A DNA stretch of 64,000 nt from assembly GCA_903929765.1 (NCBI GenBank), contig CAIYVX010000082.1:16974-80973 (forward strand). Direction: 5' to 3'. This document shows, piece by piece, positions 27,268 through 35,637 of this stretch. A program made the position numbers and the translations under genes. The DNA comes from an uncultured Planctomycetia bacterium (lineage in GTDB: Bacteria; Planctomycetota; Phycisphaerae; FEN-1346; JAACEH01). The first letter of the stretch is position 1. Every line of letters starts with the position of its first letter. Below the pieces are notes generated by a model. It did not search any database and had not been told where the DNA came from. It saw only the letters and a program-made list of their open reading frames with translations.

Positions 27268-28530
27268 CTATCGTCCAAGTCTCTCGATGGCCAGCACCAG
27301 CGTTTCGGCCGCCCGCAGGATCTCGCCGATCTTGATCTGTTCGTCCTTGCCATGAGCCGTGCCCAGGTCGCCCGGTCCGAAGACCACCGTAGGAATCTCA
27401 AGCTGGTTGGCATAGAACCAGGCGTCGCACGAACCCGTCAGGGCGCTCAGGCACGGTTCCACCCCGACCGACCGCAGGCCGTCCTGGAGGGCCGTCACCA
27501 GCGCATGTCCCGGGTCAAGTTCGTTGCCGTCCGAGTTGAGCATCGGGAACGTCAACTCGAAATGCTCGCGCAGGTATTCATCGTCGGACTGCCGTAGAGC
27601 TTCGGCCATTTCCTTCTGAACCTGGTGCCGCGATTTCGGCGGCAGGAATCCGAAGACGCCCTTCAGGGTGGCCTCGGCCGGCGCCGCCGCCGGCCAGTTC
27701 CCCGCCTCACAGACCCCGAACGTCACGGGCATCGGATTGGCAAAGGCGTCGAACAGCGGATTTCGTCCCCGGCTGGCGGTCAGCAGCCGGTCGTGATAGT
27801 CCTCCAGCACCTGCATGGCCAGGACCGCTTTCTTCAGGGCGCTGACACTCGAACCCGGAGTGCCGCTGTGGCCCGGACGTCCGAAACACTTCAGTTGGAA
27901 CCAGACCGCCCCGCGGACGCTCGGCATGATCCGCAGATTCGACGGTTCCAGCACCACCGCTGCGGCGGCACAGCGCCGTCCGCGCGTAGCTTCCAGATGG
28001 CGAATCATGGCCAGGGTGCCGTTGCCGCCGTTCTCTTCTTCGACTACCAGGTGCGCTTCCACCGGCCCCGGCAACCGCAGATCCAACTCCTTCAGGGCAC
28101 GCATCACGGCATAGATGGTCGCCGCCTGGCCCTTGGCGTCACAGGCCCCGCGGCCGAAAACCGTCTCGCCCTCAACCCGCGGATCGAACGCCCGCTCCTG
28201 CCCCACGCTCGCCGGCACCACGTCCAGGTGCGTATTCAGAAAAACCGCCGGTCCCCGCCCGGCCCCTTGCCGCACCGCCGCCACATTCGGGCGGTCGGCA
28301 TAGGTGAGGCTCGGCAGTTTGAAGGCGTAATCGCGGTCGTTCTGGATGGTCTCGGGAATCGTCACGTCCGTGCTGGAATCGCAGACCGAGGCCAGGGCCT
28401 CGCGCATGATCCCCAGCGCCGGCCCTTCCTGGCCGCGTGTCGATGGCACGGCGATCAAACGGCACAGGAGCGACTGAACGTCGCCGCGCGCTGCTTCAAG
28501 AATCGGACGGAGCCTGTTCTGGTCGATCAT
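27268..28530 (-). CDS. M20-family metallohydrolase (ArgE/DapE-like deacylase)
   Basis: The product has the NTHLDVVP, GRGACDAKG and HLVVEEENGGNG motifs characteristic of M20 peptidases/deacetylases. Confidence 0.8.
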   Translation of the reverse strand: MIDQNRLRPILEAARGDVQSLLCRLIAVPSTRGQEGPALGIMREALASVCDSSTDVTIPETIQNDRDYAFKLPSLTYADRPNVAAVRQGAGRGPAVFLNTHLDVVPASVGQERAFDPRVEGETVFGRGACDAKGQAATIYAVMRALKELDLRLPGPVEAHLVVEEENGGNGTLAMIRHLEATRGRRCAAAAVVLEPSNLRIMPSVRGAVWFQLKCFGRPGHSGTPGSSVSALKKAVLAMQVLEDYHDRLLTASRGRNPLFDAFANPMPVTFGVCEAGNWPAAAPAEATLKGVFGFLPPKSRHQVQKEMAEALRQSDDEYLREHFELTFPMLNSDGNELDPGHALVTALQDGLRSVGVEPCLSALTGSCDAWFYANQLEIPTVVFGPGDLGTAHGKDEQIKIGEILRAAETLVLAIERLGR

Positions 28531-28540
28531 GATTTCCGTC

Positions 28541-29860
28541 CTACAGGCCCTTCAGCACCTTCTCCATGATATCGCACGACCGCTCGGCTTCGTCGCGGCT
28601 GATGACCAGCGGGGGCGCCACGCGAATGACCGAGCCATAGTAGCCCACGCGGCCGACCAGCAGCCCCTGGGCCGCCGCCCGGTTGATGACCTCGACCGTG
28701 AGACCCGGTCCCGGCTCCTTGGTCTTCTTGTCCTTGACGAACTCCAGGCCCATGACCAGCCCCTTGCCGCGCACGTCGCCCAGATAACGGCAGGTCTGCT
28801 GCATTTTACGGAAGCGTCCGAGCATGTACCGGCCGATGGCCACCGCATTGGCGACCAGATGCTCTTCCTCGAAAATGTCCAGCACGGCCAGCGTCCCGGC
28901 GCTGCACAGGGGATTGCCGCCGTGGGTGCTCGACATCTCTCCCGGCGACAGGCAACTGAATATCCGCTCTTCGCTCATCAGCGCTGCGGTCGTCACTCCC
29001 GAACCGATGCCCTTGCCCAGGCAGAGCATGTTCGGCTTCAGTTTCTCATGTTCGAGCGCGAACATCTTGCCAGTCCGGCCGAACGAGGCCTGCACTTCGT
29101 CCAGAATAAATAGCACGTCGTTCGCTCGGCACCACTCCTGGACGCCCGTCAGCCAGCCGTCCGGCGGGAAGATGAACCCGGACGCCCCCTGATATGGTTC
29201 GACGATCAGCCCGCCCACGTCGCCGGCCGTTTCGGTGGCCATCACCTTGTCCAGCCACTGGAGGCAATGCATCTTGCACTTCGGATAGCTCTCGCCGAAC
29301 GGGCAGCGGTAGCAATAGGCATACGGGCTGAAGTACACGCCCGGGAGCATGGTCCCGAAGCCTTTCTTCCCGGACGCCTTGCCGCCCATGCTCGTGGCCC
29401 CCATGGTGCGGCCGTGGAATCCACCCCAGAAACTCATGATTCCATTCCGCCCGGTGTAGCGTTTGGACAGCCGCATCGCCGCTTCCGTCGCCTCGCTCCC
29501 GGTCGTCAGCAGGAAACAGCGGTTCAGGTGCTTGGGCATCAGCCCCACCAGCCGCCGGGCCACTTCCAGCCGGGGCGGCGTCGGAAAATCATAGACGTTC
29601 AAGAGCAGCGACGCCTGCTTCTGGATGGCCGCCACCAGCTTCGGGTGGCAGTGGCCGACGTTGGTCACCAAAACCCCGCTGGTCCAGTCGATAAACTCGC
29701 GGCCATCGACGTCCCACAACTTCGCTCCGCGACCATGATCGAGCACCACCGCCGCCTGTTGGCTCATACAACCGGCCTCATACTCGCGGCTGATCTTCAA
29801 AAGCTCAGCGCTGCGCGGACCGGTGACACTACCCGTGGAACGACTCTGTTTCTTAGCCAT
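28541..29860 (-). CDS. Class-III (acetylornithine / GABA-type) PLP-dependent aminotransferase
   Basis: The 439-aa product has GSEATEAAMRLSK, the PLP-lysine region DEVQASFGRTGK and overall class-III organisation. Confidence 0.85.
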   Translation of the reverse strand: MAKKQSRSTGSVTGPRSAELLKISREYEAGCMSQQAAVVLDHGRGAKLWDVDGREFIDWTSGVLVTNVGHCHPKLVAAIQKQASLLLNVYDFPTPPRLEVARRLVGLMPKHLNRCFLLTTGSEATEAAMRLSKRYTGRNGIMSFWGGFHGRTMGATSMGGKASGKKGFGTMLPGVYFSPYAYCYRCPFGESYPKCKMHCLQWLDKVMATETAGDVGGLIVEPYQGASGFIFPPDGWLTGVQEWCRANDVLFILDEVQASFGRTGKMFALEHEKLKPNMLCLGKGIGSGVTTAALMSEERIFSCLSPGEMSSTHGGNPLCSAGTLAVLDIFEEEHLVANAVAIGRYMLGRFRKMQQTCRYLGDVRGKGLVMGLEFVKDKKTKEPGPGLTVEVINRAAAQGLLVGRVGYYGSVIRVAPPLVISRDEAERSCDIMEKVLKGL

Positions 29861-29905
29861 CGTAGAACTGATCCTTCCTATCTATCCAGAGGCGAGGGCA
29901 CCAAC

Positions 29906-30946
29906 TCAGCCCCGCGCCAGGGCCTTCTCAACTTCCGCATTCACCGTGAACCGAGGCGGCCGGCCTTCCAGGTGCAGAATAATGTTTTCGAGAATCTTCT
30001 CCCGGATGCTCCAACCCGACTCCTCGCTGTACCAGGAGAGGTGAGGCGTCAGCAGGCACTTCGGCGAACCCAGGAGGGGACTGTCCGGAGAAGGCGGCTC
30101 GCGATGATAAACGTCCAGCGCCGCCCCGGCGATCGTGCCCTGGGCGAGCGCCGCCGCCAGGTCCTCATCGACGATGAGCGGCCCGCGCGCTGTATTCACC
30201 AACAGGGCGGTCTTTTTCATCTGGGCCAGCGTGCGCTTGTTGATCAACCCGCGAGTCTCGTCTTTCACGGGGATGTGCAGGGTGAGCACGTCTGCTTCGG
30301 CCAGCACCTTTTCCAGGGACACCGGCTCGACATCCAGTTCCCGGCGACTCTCCGGGCTTAGGTACGGGTCGCAGACGAGGATCTTCATGTCGAACGAGCG
30401 CATCTTGCGCAGCACGCGACTGCCGATACGTCCGCAGCCGACGATGCCCAGAGTTTTGCCCTCCATCAGGCCCACCGGAGCCACGGGCGAGAAATCCCAT
30501 TGCCCCTTGGCCACGCTGGCCGCCATGGAAACCTGCTGCTCGACCAGGTGGCGAGCCGCACACATGATCAGCATGACCGTCTGCTCGGCCACTTCCCCGA
30601 CGCAGTAATCCGGAATGTTCGCTACCCGGATGCCCTTGGCGGTCGCGGCGGCCAGGTCGACGTTGTCGTAGCCGATGCCGTGGCGGATAATCAGCTTGCA
30701 ATTCTGAAGCCGGCCGATAACGCCCGCCGTCATGCGGGCCATGTTCACCACCAGGACGTCGGCCTCACGGATGGCCGGCGCCAATTCCTCCTCCGAGGCG
30801 AACTTGAGCTGGTGTTCCTGCCAGGAAAAATCAAAACCCCGGTTGCGAAGCTGCTCCTTCTCCCAATTGAAGTCAGGTTCCAGGTAGTCGGTGACGACGA
30901 TTTTCGTGGGCACGATGGTAACTCCTGCGCCGAATGGGTTAAACAA
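29906..30946 (-). CDS. D-isomer-specific 2-hydroxyacid dehydrogenase (PGDH/CtBP family)
   Basis: It has the NAD motif GIVGCGRIGSRV and the catalytic R...E...H triad region (ARGPLIVDEDL...PHLSWYSEES). It is the first gene of the operon. Confidence 0.85.
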   Translation of the reverse strand: MFNPFGAGVTIVPTKIVVTDYLEPDFNWEKEQLRNRGFDFSWQEHQLKFASEEELAPAIREADVLVVNMARMTAGVIGRLQNCKLIIRHGIGYDNVDLAAATAKGIRVANIPDYCVGEVAEQTVMLIMCAARHLVEQQVSMAASVAKGQWDFSPVAPVGLMEGKTLGIVGCGRIGSRVLRKMRSFDMKILVCDPYLSPESRRELDVEPVSLEKVLAEADVLTLHIPVKDETRGLINKRTLAQMKKTALLVNTARGPLIVDEDLAAALAQGTIAGAALDVYHREPPSPDSPLLGSPKCLLTPHLSWYSEESGWSIREKILENIILHLEGRPPRFTVNAEVEKALARG

Positions 30947-31129
30947 ATAGGACGATCAAACCCGGGTCGCCAGGACGAAACTGCTGCCGCCCTGGACGAA
31001 CTCCCGCGATAATTCCGGGCCAGATTCTATAGTCCCGACAAGCTCGTGTCCACCAGATTATACCGGAGTTACATCTGGTCTGAGCCGTGCGCAGGAATAG
31101 AGCAGTTCACGATTGAATGGTTACTTCCA

Positions 31130-31175
31130 GGGTGCCACACCTTGGCCCCCGGCTGTATGGGGGCAAGGTCTGTGG
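31130..31175 (+). repeat. Degenerate copy of the REP family H palindrome
   Basis: GGTGCCACACCTTGGCCCCCGGCTGTATGGGGGCAAGGTCTGTGG retains the GGTGCCACAC...CAAGGTCTGTGG outer arms and the inner CCCCCGG/GGGGG palindrome of family H. Confidence 0.4.
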
Positions 31176-31221
31176 AAGGCCGGCATACTTTCCCAGAGAG
31201 AACACCCCATCGTTAACTGCT

Positions 31222-31587
31222 CTAGGAGGCCGAAGCTGCCGGTTTCGCGCTAACGGCGGAGGTTGGTTTCGCCACTGGCGGGACGCCCGCCGCCCAGGCC
31301 CGGTGCGCCCCTGTCGCCGCCAAGCCGCCGGCCAGGTTACGCAACAACGTGTCCGCGTCGTTCAGCTTCTTCGCCGCCGTCGCGCTGTCACCGGTCGTCA
31401 GAGCTTTTTTCGCCGCCGCCACATCCTGCGCCGCTTTGTCCACCGCCTGGCTGCCGCCATGACACGTGACGCAGTGGCTGACGACCTTGGGCGGCGCCGG
31501 GGCCTGGGCCGTCACAGCGTGAACCGCCGCCAGGGCCAGGAACGTCGCGGCCGCCACACCTAGGACCAAAGCAATTGTCTTACTCAT
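31222..31587 (-). CDS. Small secreted mono-haem c-type cytochrome
   Basis: It has a signal peptide (MSKTIALVLGVAAATFLALAAVHA), a single CVTCH haem-binding motif and an Ala/Ser-rich tail. Confidence 0.55.
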   Translation of the reverse strand: MSKTIALVLGVAAATFLALAAVHAVTAQAPAPPKVVSHCVTCHGGSQAVDKAAQDVAAAKKALTTGDSATAAKKLNDADTLLRNLAGGLAATGAHRAWAAGVPPVAKPTSAVSAKPAASAS

Positions 31588-31633
31588 CCACCGCTCCTTT
31601 TATAATGGGGTTCTCACCTCTGAATTGCCCGCT

Positions 31634-32704
31634 TCAGGATTTAGCCTTTTCCGGCGGCGCGTACCACCTCAGGCACCAGTTGCGCCAGCGCCGCTCCAGT
31701 TCCTTATAATTCAGCCCGGGATAGGCCTGCCCCAGCGCTTCTTCCCCCCGCGTGCCGTCCTTCATCAAGTCCAGAAAACGCCGGATGCCGTCCGGGTCGC
31801 GGCTCGCCAGGTAATCGATCAGGCTCATGCTCACCTCATAGGCCTGGATGTCGCTGGGCGGAAACGGTTCGGTCAGTATCCGCTGAATGGAAACGTATGG
31901 CTCCGTTCCCGCCCGCTGGTAAGCCGGAACCTCTTTCCCGACCCGCAGCCCCGGATCGATTTCCACCGTCATGTATTCCGCCAGGCCTTCATGCACCCAG
32001 AGCGGCAGGGGCACCGACTCCCGGTACATCTCCACCAGGGCGTGCGTGCTTTCGTGCACCAGCACGTCCCGGAAATGTTCGATGCCTCCCTCGGCCGGCT
32101 GATAGGTCGCAATGTGCACCAGCCGCGGCCCGCCGGCCTGCCGGGCTTCCAGAACAAAGTACCCGCGCGAGTGCGTCACCAGGTGCCGGTCGAACCGCCG
32201 GGCGAAGGCGTCCAGGGCCTCCTGCTGGGAAAAAACCACCACCAGGCACTTGCCGTCCCACAAGCGTTGCTCGGCGGGAATGGCCAGCCGAGCCATCAGC
32301 TTCGTCCGCAGATCCTCCAGCCAGACGAGGATCGCGTTTCGCATCTTCGGATCAAGATCTGAAAAAAGAATATAATTCTTCGATTCCTTCGCCACCAGCG
32401 CCGTCTGCAAGGTCCGCCGCATCTCCCCCAGCCGGTCACGCTGGCTCTGCACGATGGCCGCCTGGTCGATCTGCGGCCGCGGCGGCAAAGCCTCCGTCGC
32501 CGGCGCCGACAGAATCACCGTCGCCGAAGGCGACGCCACCGGGGCCGCCTGACCTGAGGGCGCTGCCGAACTCCAGACCACCGCGTCGGCCGCCATGCTG
32601 CCGGAGACGAACGAGAGCATGAGAACCAGGACGACTGCCGCTCCTGGAATCCTGCCGTTTATAATTTTTAATTTTTCATTTTGCATTTTGCCTTCTTCCA
32701 TCAC
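31634..32704 (-). CDS. Secreted HExxH-motif protein (putative zinc metallopeptidase, DUF1570-like)
   Basis: It has a signal peptide, HESTHALVEMY...WVHEGLAEY (HExxH plus a downstream Glu), and its start codon overlaps the hflX stop (ATGA). The N-terminal codons (MQNEKLKIIN) are encoded by the AT-rich J element. Confidence 0.55.
   Translation of the reverse strand: MMEEGKMQNEKLKIINGRIPGAAVVLVLMLSFVSGSMAADAVVWSSAAPSGQAAPVASPSATVILSAPATEALPPRPQIDQAAIVQSQRDRLGEMRRTLQTALVAKESKNYILFSDLDPKMRNAILVWLEDLRTKLMARLAIPAEQRLWDGKCLVVVFSQQEALDAFARRFDRHLVTHSRGYFVLEARQAGGPRLVHIATYQPAEGGIEHFRDVLVHESTHALVEMYRESVPLPLWVHEGLAEYMTVEIDPGLRVGKEVPAYQRAGTEPYVSIQRILTEPFPPSDIQAYEVSMSLIDYLASRDPDGIRRFLDLMKDGTRGEEALGQAYPGLNYKELERRWRNWCLRWYAPPEKAKS
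32657..32692. repeat. AT-rich element J, copy 1
   Basis: TTTATAATTTTTAATTTTTCATTTTGCATTTTGCC. Near-identical copies lie at 59698-59735 and 63691-63742 in an otherwise ~65% GC genome. Confidence 0.5.
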
Positions 32705-34029
32705 GACGCCGACTTCCTCGTTTCACCCGCCAGAACTACGCCCGCGCGCTCGGCCGGGTGCAACGTAATCTCCAGCCGCGAAAACTCCCGCAGCAAAAAA
32801 TCCGTCAAATGTTGCGGCAACCGCACCTTCATCACCGTCCGGCTGCCGTCCAGTTCGCACTCCACCCGCCCGGCGTGCCGCGTCACCGCCGACTGCCACG
32901 CCCCGTCCTCGCTCGGACCCTTGATCGTCAGATCCCGCAGCGGACCGCCCAGAATCTCCAGCACCCGTTCCCGCAGCGCCTCGATCCCCCGACCCGTCAC
33001 GGCGCTGGTGAGCACGTTTTCCTGATGGCGGAATTCCAGCACGCGCAACCCGTTCTCGTCCGCCAGCAGATCCGTCTTGTTGAACACCATCAGGACCGGT
33101 TTAGTGCCGCACCCAATTTCCCGCAGCACCACGTTCACCGCCTCAATCTGCCCTTCCACGTCCGCCGCGCTTGAGTCCACGACGTGCAGCAACAAATCCG
33201 CGCTGCGGGCCTCCTCCAGCGTCGCCCGAAACGACGCCACCAGATGGTGCGGCAAGTCGCGCACAAATCCCACCGTGTCGCTCAGCAGCACCCGCAGGTT
33301 GTACGGCAAAGTCCAGGTCCGCGTCCGCGTGTCCAGCGTCGCAAACAGCTTGTCTTCCACGTAAGCATTAGCGTTCGTCAGGGCGTTCAGCAGCGACGAT
33401 TTCCCGGCGTTGGTATACCCCACCAGGCTCACCGCAAACTCTTCCTTGCGCGATTGCACCTGCCGCTCGCGCCGCTCCTGAATCTCCTGAATCCGCCGCT
33501 TCAAATCCACGATGCGCTTCCGCACCAGCCGCCGGTCGGTTTCCAACTGCGTTTCGCCCGGCCCGCGCACCCCGATGCTCCCGCCGCCCTCCAGCCGCGA
33601 CAAATGCGTCCACATCTGCCGCAAGCGCGGATAGGTGTATTCCAATTGCGCCAGTTCGACCTGAAGCTTTGCTTCCGACGTGCGCGCCCGTGTGGCAAAA
33701 ATGTCGAGGATCAATTCGCTGCGGTCCAGCACCTTGACCCCAACCGCCTTTTCGAGGTTCCTGATCTGCCCCGGCGTCAGGTCATTATCAAAAATCACCA
33801 CCGTCGCCTTCCGCGCCACGGCCAGCCGCCCGATCTCCTCGGCCTTGCCTTTGCCGACGTAAAGCCCGGCGTCGGTCATGCGACGGTTCTGCACCACCGT
33901 CCCCACCACCGCTCCGCCCGCCGCCTCCGTCAACCGCGTCAACTCCGCCAGCGGCTCTTCGCCGACATCGGCCTTGCGCTCCGGCAGAATCACCTCCACC
34001 AGAATCGCCCGTTCGCGCGCCACCGTCAT
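32701..34029 (-). CDS. hflX: GTPase HflX
   Basis: It has the HflX N-terminal domain, the G-domain motifs GYTNAGKSSLLNALT, DTVGFV and NKTD, and the expected 442-aa length. Confidence 0.92.
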   Translation of the reverse strand: MTVARERAILVEVILPERKADVGEEPLAELTRLTEAAGGAVVGTVVQNRRMTDAGLYVGKGKAEEIGRLAVARKATVVIFDNDLTPGQIRNLEKAVGVKVLDRSELILDIFATRARTSEAKLQVELAQLEYTYPRLRQMWTHLSRLEGGGSIGVRGPGETQLETDRRLVRKRIVDLKRRIQEIQERRERQVQSRKEEFAVSLVGYTNAGKSSLLNALTNANAYVEDKLFATLDTRTRTWTLPYNLRVLLSDTVGFVRDLPHHLVASFRATLEEARSADLLLHVVDSSAADVEGQIEAVNVVLREIGCGTKPVLMVFNKTDLLADENGLRVLEFRHQENVLTSAVTGRGIEALRERVLEILGGPLRDLTIKGPSEDGAWQSAVTRHAGRVECELDGSRTVMKVRLPQHLTDFLLREFSRLEITLHPAERAGVVLAGETRKSAS

Positions 34030-34147
34030 CGTCGCGCGCTTCGGCTCGTTTATATTCTTTCCCAGGCTTTGTTACCCCTCAAAAAATGCAGTTATTGTAC
34101 ACCTCATTCTATACCTGCCGCGCCTGACATTCAACGCGGCTGCTTCA

Positions 34148-34196
34148 CAGTGGCACGGGCATCTTGCCCGTGAGTCTTAGGGGCATCTTGCCCCTG
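34148..34196 (+). repeat. REP family A, copy 1 (double hairpin)
   Basis: CAGTGGCACGGGCATCTTGCCCGTGAGTCTTAGGGGCATCTTGCCCCTG is two 7-bp-stem hairpins (CACGGGC/GCCCGTG and AGGGGC/GCCCCT). The consensus recurs 8 times in the window. Confidence 0.7.
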
Positions 34197-34208
34197 GTTC
34201 TTCTTTTA

Positions 34209-35633
34209 TTATTGTTTCTTCTCTCCGGGTGCCACACTTTGAAGCCCCGGCTTTGCCGGGGCCAAAGTGTGTGCTTTGTCGCGCTCCTCGCTCTCCTCGA
34301 CAACCACCTTCGGCTCCGGGAACAACCACATCACCAGCCGCCCGTGATTCGACACGGCCGCAGCGGGCAATTCTACCGCCGAATTTCCGTCGAACCACCC
34401 GAACAGCACGCCCACGCCCTGCCGCACATATTGCTGCGCGACCCAGCGCATGGCCCGCCGCCTAAACGCATCCGCCGGCGCTTCCGCCGAAAACGCCGCC
34501 GCGTCGATCGAAACCGCCTCGCTCGTCGGCCGGTACACTTCGTCAACCAGCCCCATCCGCCACGCCCGGCCCGCCAGATAGCACCACGCATCCTCCAGCC
34601 GCGCCCCATCACCTAAACGCACTCCGGGCACACCCGATTGCACCCAAAACATTTTACCACCACTCGAAGGGTAGGTGCTTATATCCCACTCGCCAGCCTC
34701 AAAGGCCAGAATCAGACCAGGGGTAGCAGGAATGTTCTCCACCGACCATTCTCCGCCCTCGTGGCGATGAAGTATCACCCCTTCGTACATCACCCGGTCC
34801 GCCTCGGCCGCCACCAGCGGGCGCGGCTGCAACCGTGCCTTAAAGTACAGCGTCGCTGGACCTGCTCGGAGAGCCGTCACCGCCGCCAGATCTTCCACCA
34901 GGGCCTGACCCGTCGAGCCATCACGGGAAACGACCGAAACTGCATCCACCGAATACAGCGGTTTTTCAACCAGGGCCACGGCCCAGACCGCCCCACCCAA
35001 AGCCACAACAACCATCGCCGCGATCTTAATCCTATGCGAAAAAAGTTCTGCCACCAACGCCAGGCAAACCAGCACCGCCGTCACCGCCAGCGCCGGAATC
35101 AGAAAATGCCAAACGTCAGCCAACTGCCACGACCGCCCCTGAAACAACATCGTTGGAATCTGTCCTTTATTCTGATCCACATATCCAATCAAATCCGGCC
35201 GCACATGCGTCCGCGCCGCCAGACGGTCGAGCAAACTACCTGACGAAGCCGCACCCTGCCCTCCCAAGCTCGGCCTCAGTTTCGCAGGAGCATAGCTAAC
35301 CAACAACTTCCCTGCGGCGTCCAGCCCCTCGATGGCCGAAAGGTTCAGCGACCCGTCGAAATACCACGGCTCAAACGTCACGTCGCCCGTTTGCCGCGCC
35401 GGAATCAGCACGTCCAGCCGGTACTCGAAAAGTTGATTGGTTTTAATCCGCACCTGCCGGATGTCGGCCGCCGAAGTGTTCGCCAGTTGCAGCGCCACCG
35501 GCAGCTTCATCCCCGAAATTCCCACATCCGAGCCGGCGAAACGAACGTTCGCCCCCGTCTCAGCCCGCGCCTCCACACCCAACGCCGCCGAAAACATGAA
35601 AACCAACAGAACGACGAGCGGCAACTTTTTCAT
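34209..35633 (-). CDS. Hypothetical membrane/secreted protein
   Basis: The ORF has a signal peptide (MKKLPLVVLLVFMFSAALG) and two internal hydrophobic helices. I recognise no family. Confidence 0.5.
   Translation of the reverse strand: MKKLPLVVLLVFMFSAALGVEARAETGANVRFAGSDVGISGMKLPVALQLANTSAADIRQVRIKTNQLFEYRLDVLIPARQTGDVTFEPWYFDGSLNLSAIEGLDAAGKLLVSYAPAKLRPSLGGQGAASSGSLLDRLAARTHVRPDLIGYVDQNKGQIPTMLFQGRSWQLADVWHFLIPALAVTAVLVCLALVAELFSHRIKIAAMVVVALGGAVWAVALVEKPLYSVDAVSVVSRDGSTGQALVEDLAAVTALRAGPATLYFKARLQPRPLVAAEADRVMYEGVILHRHEGGEWSVENIPATPGLILAFEAGEWDISTYPSSGGKMFWVQSGVPGVRLGDGARLEDAWCYLAGRAWRMGLVDEVYRPTSEAVSIDAAAFSAEAPADAFRRRAMRWVAQQYVRQGVGVLFGWFDGNSAVELPAAAVSNHGRLVMWLFPEPKVVVEESEERDKAHTLAPAKPGLQSVAPGEKKQ
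34227..34273 (+). repeat. REP family H, copy 1
   Basis: GGGTGCCACACTTTGAAGCCCCGGCTTTGCCGGGGCCAAAGTGTGTG is a nested palindrome. It is near-identical to 63566-63611 and related to the repeats flanking RAYT-1. Confidence 0.7.
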
Positions 35634-35637
35634 GTCA

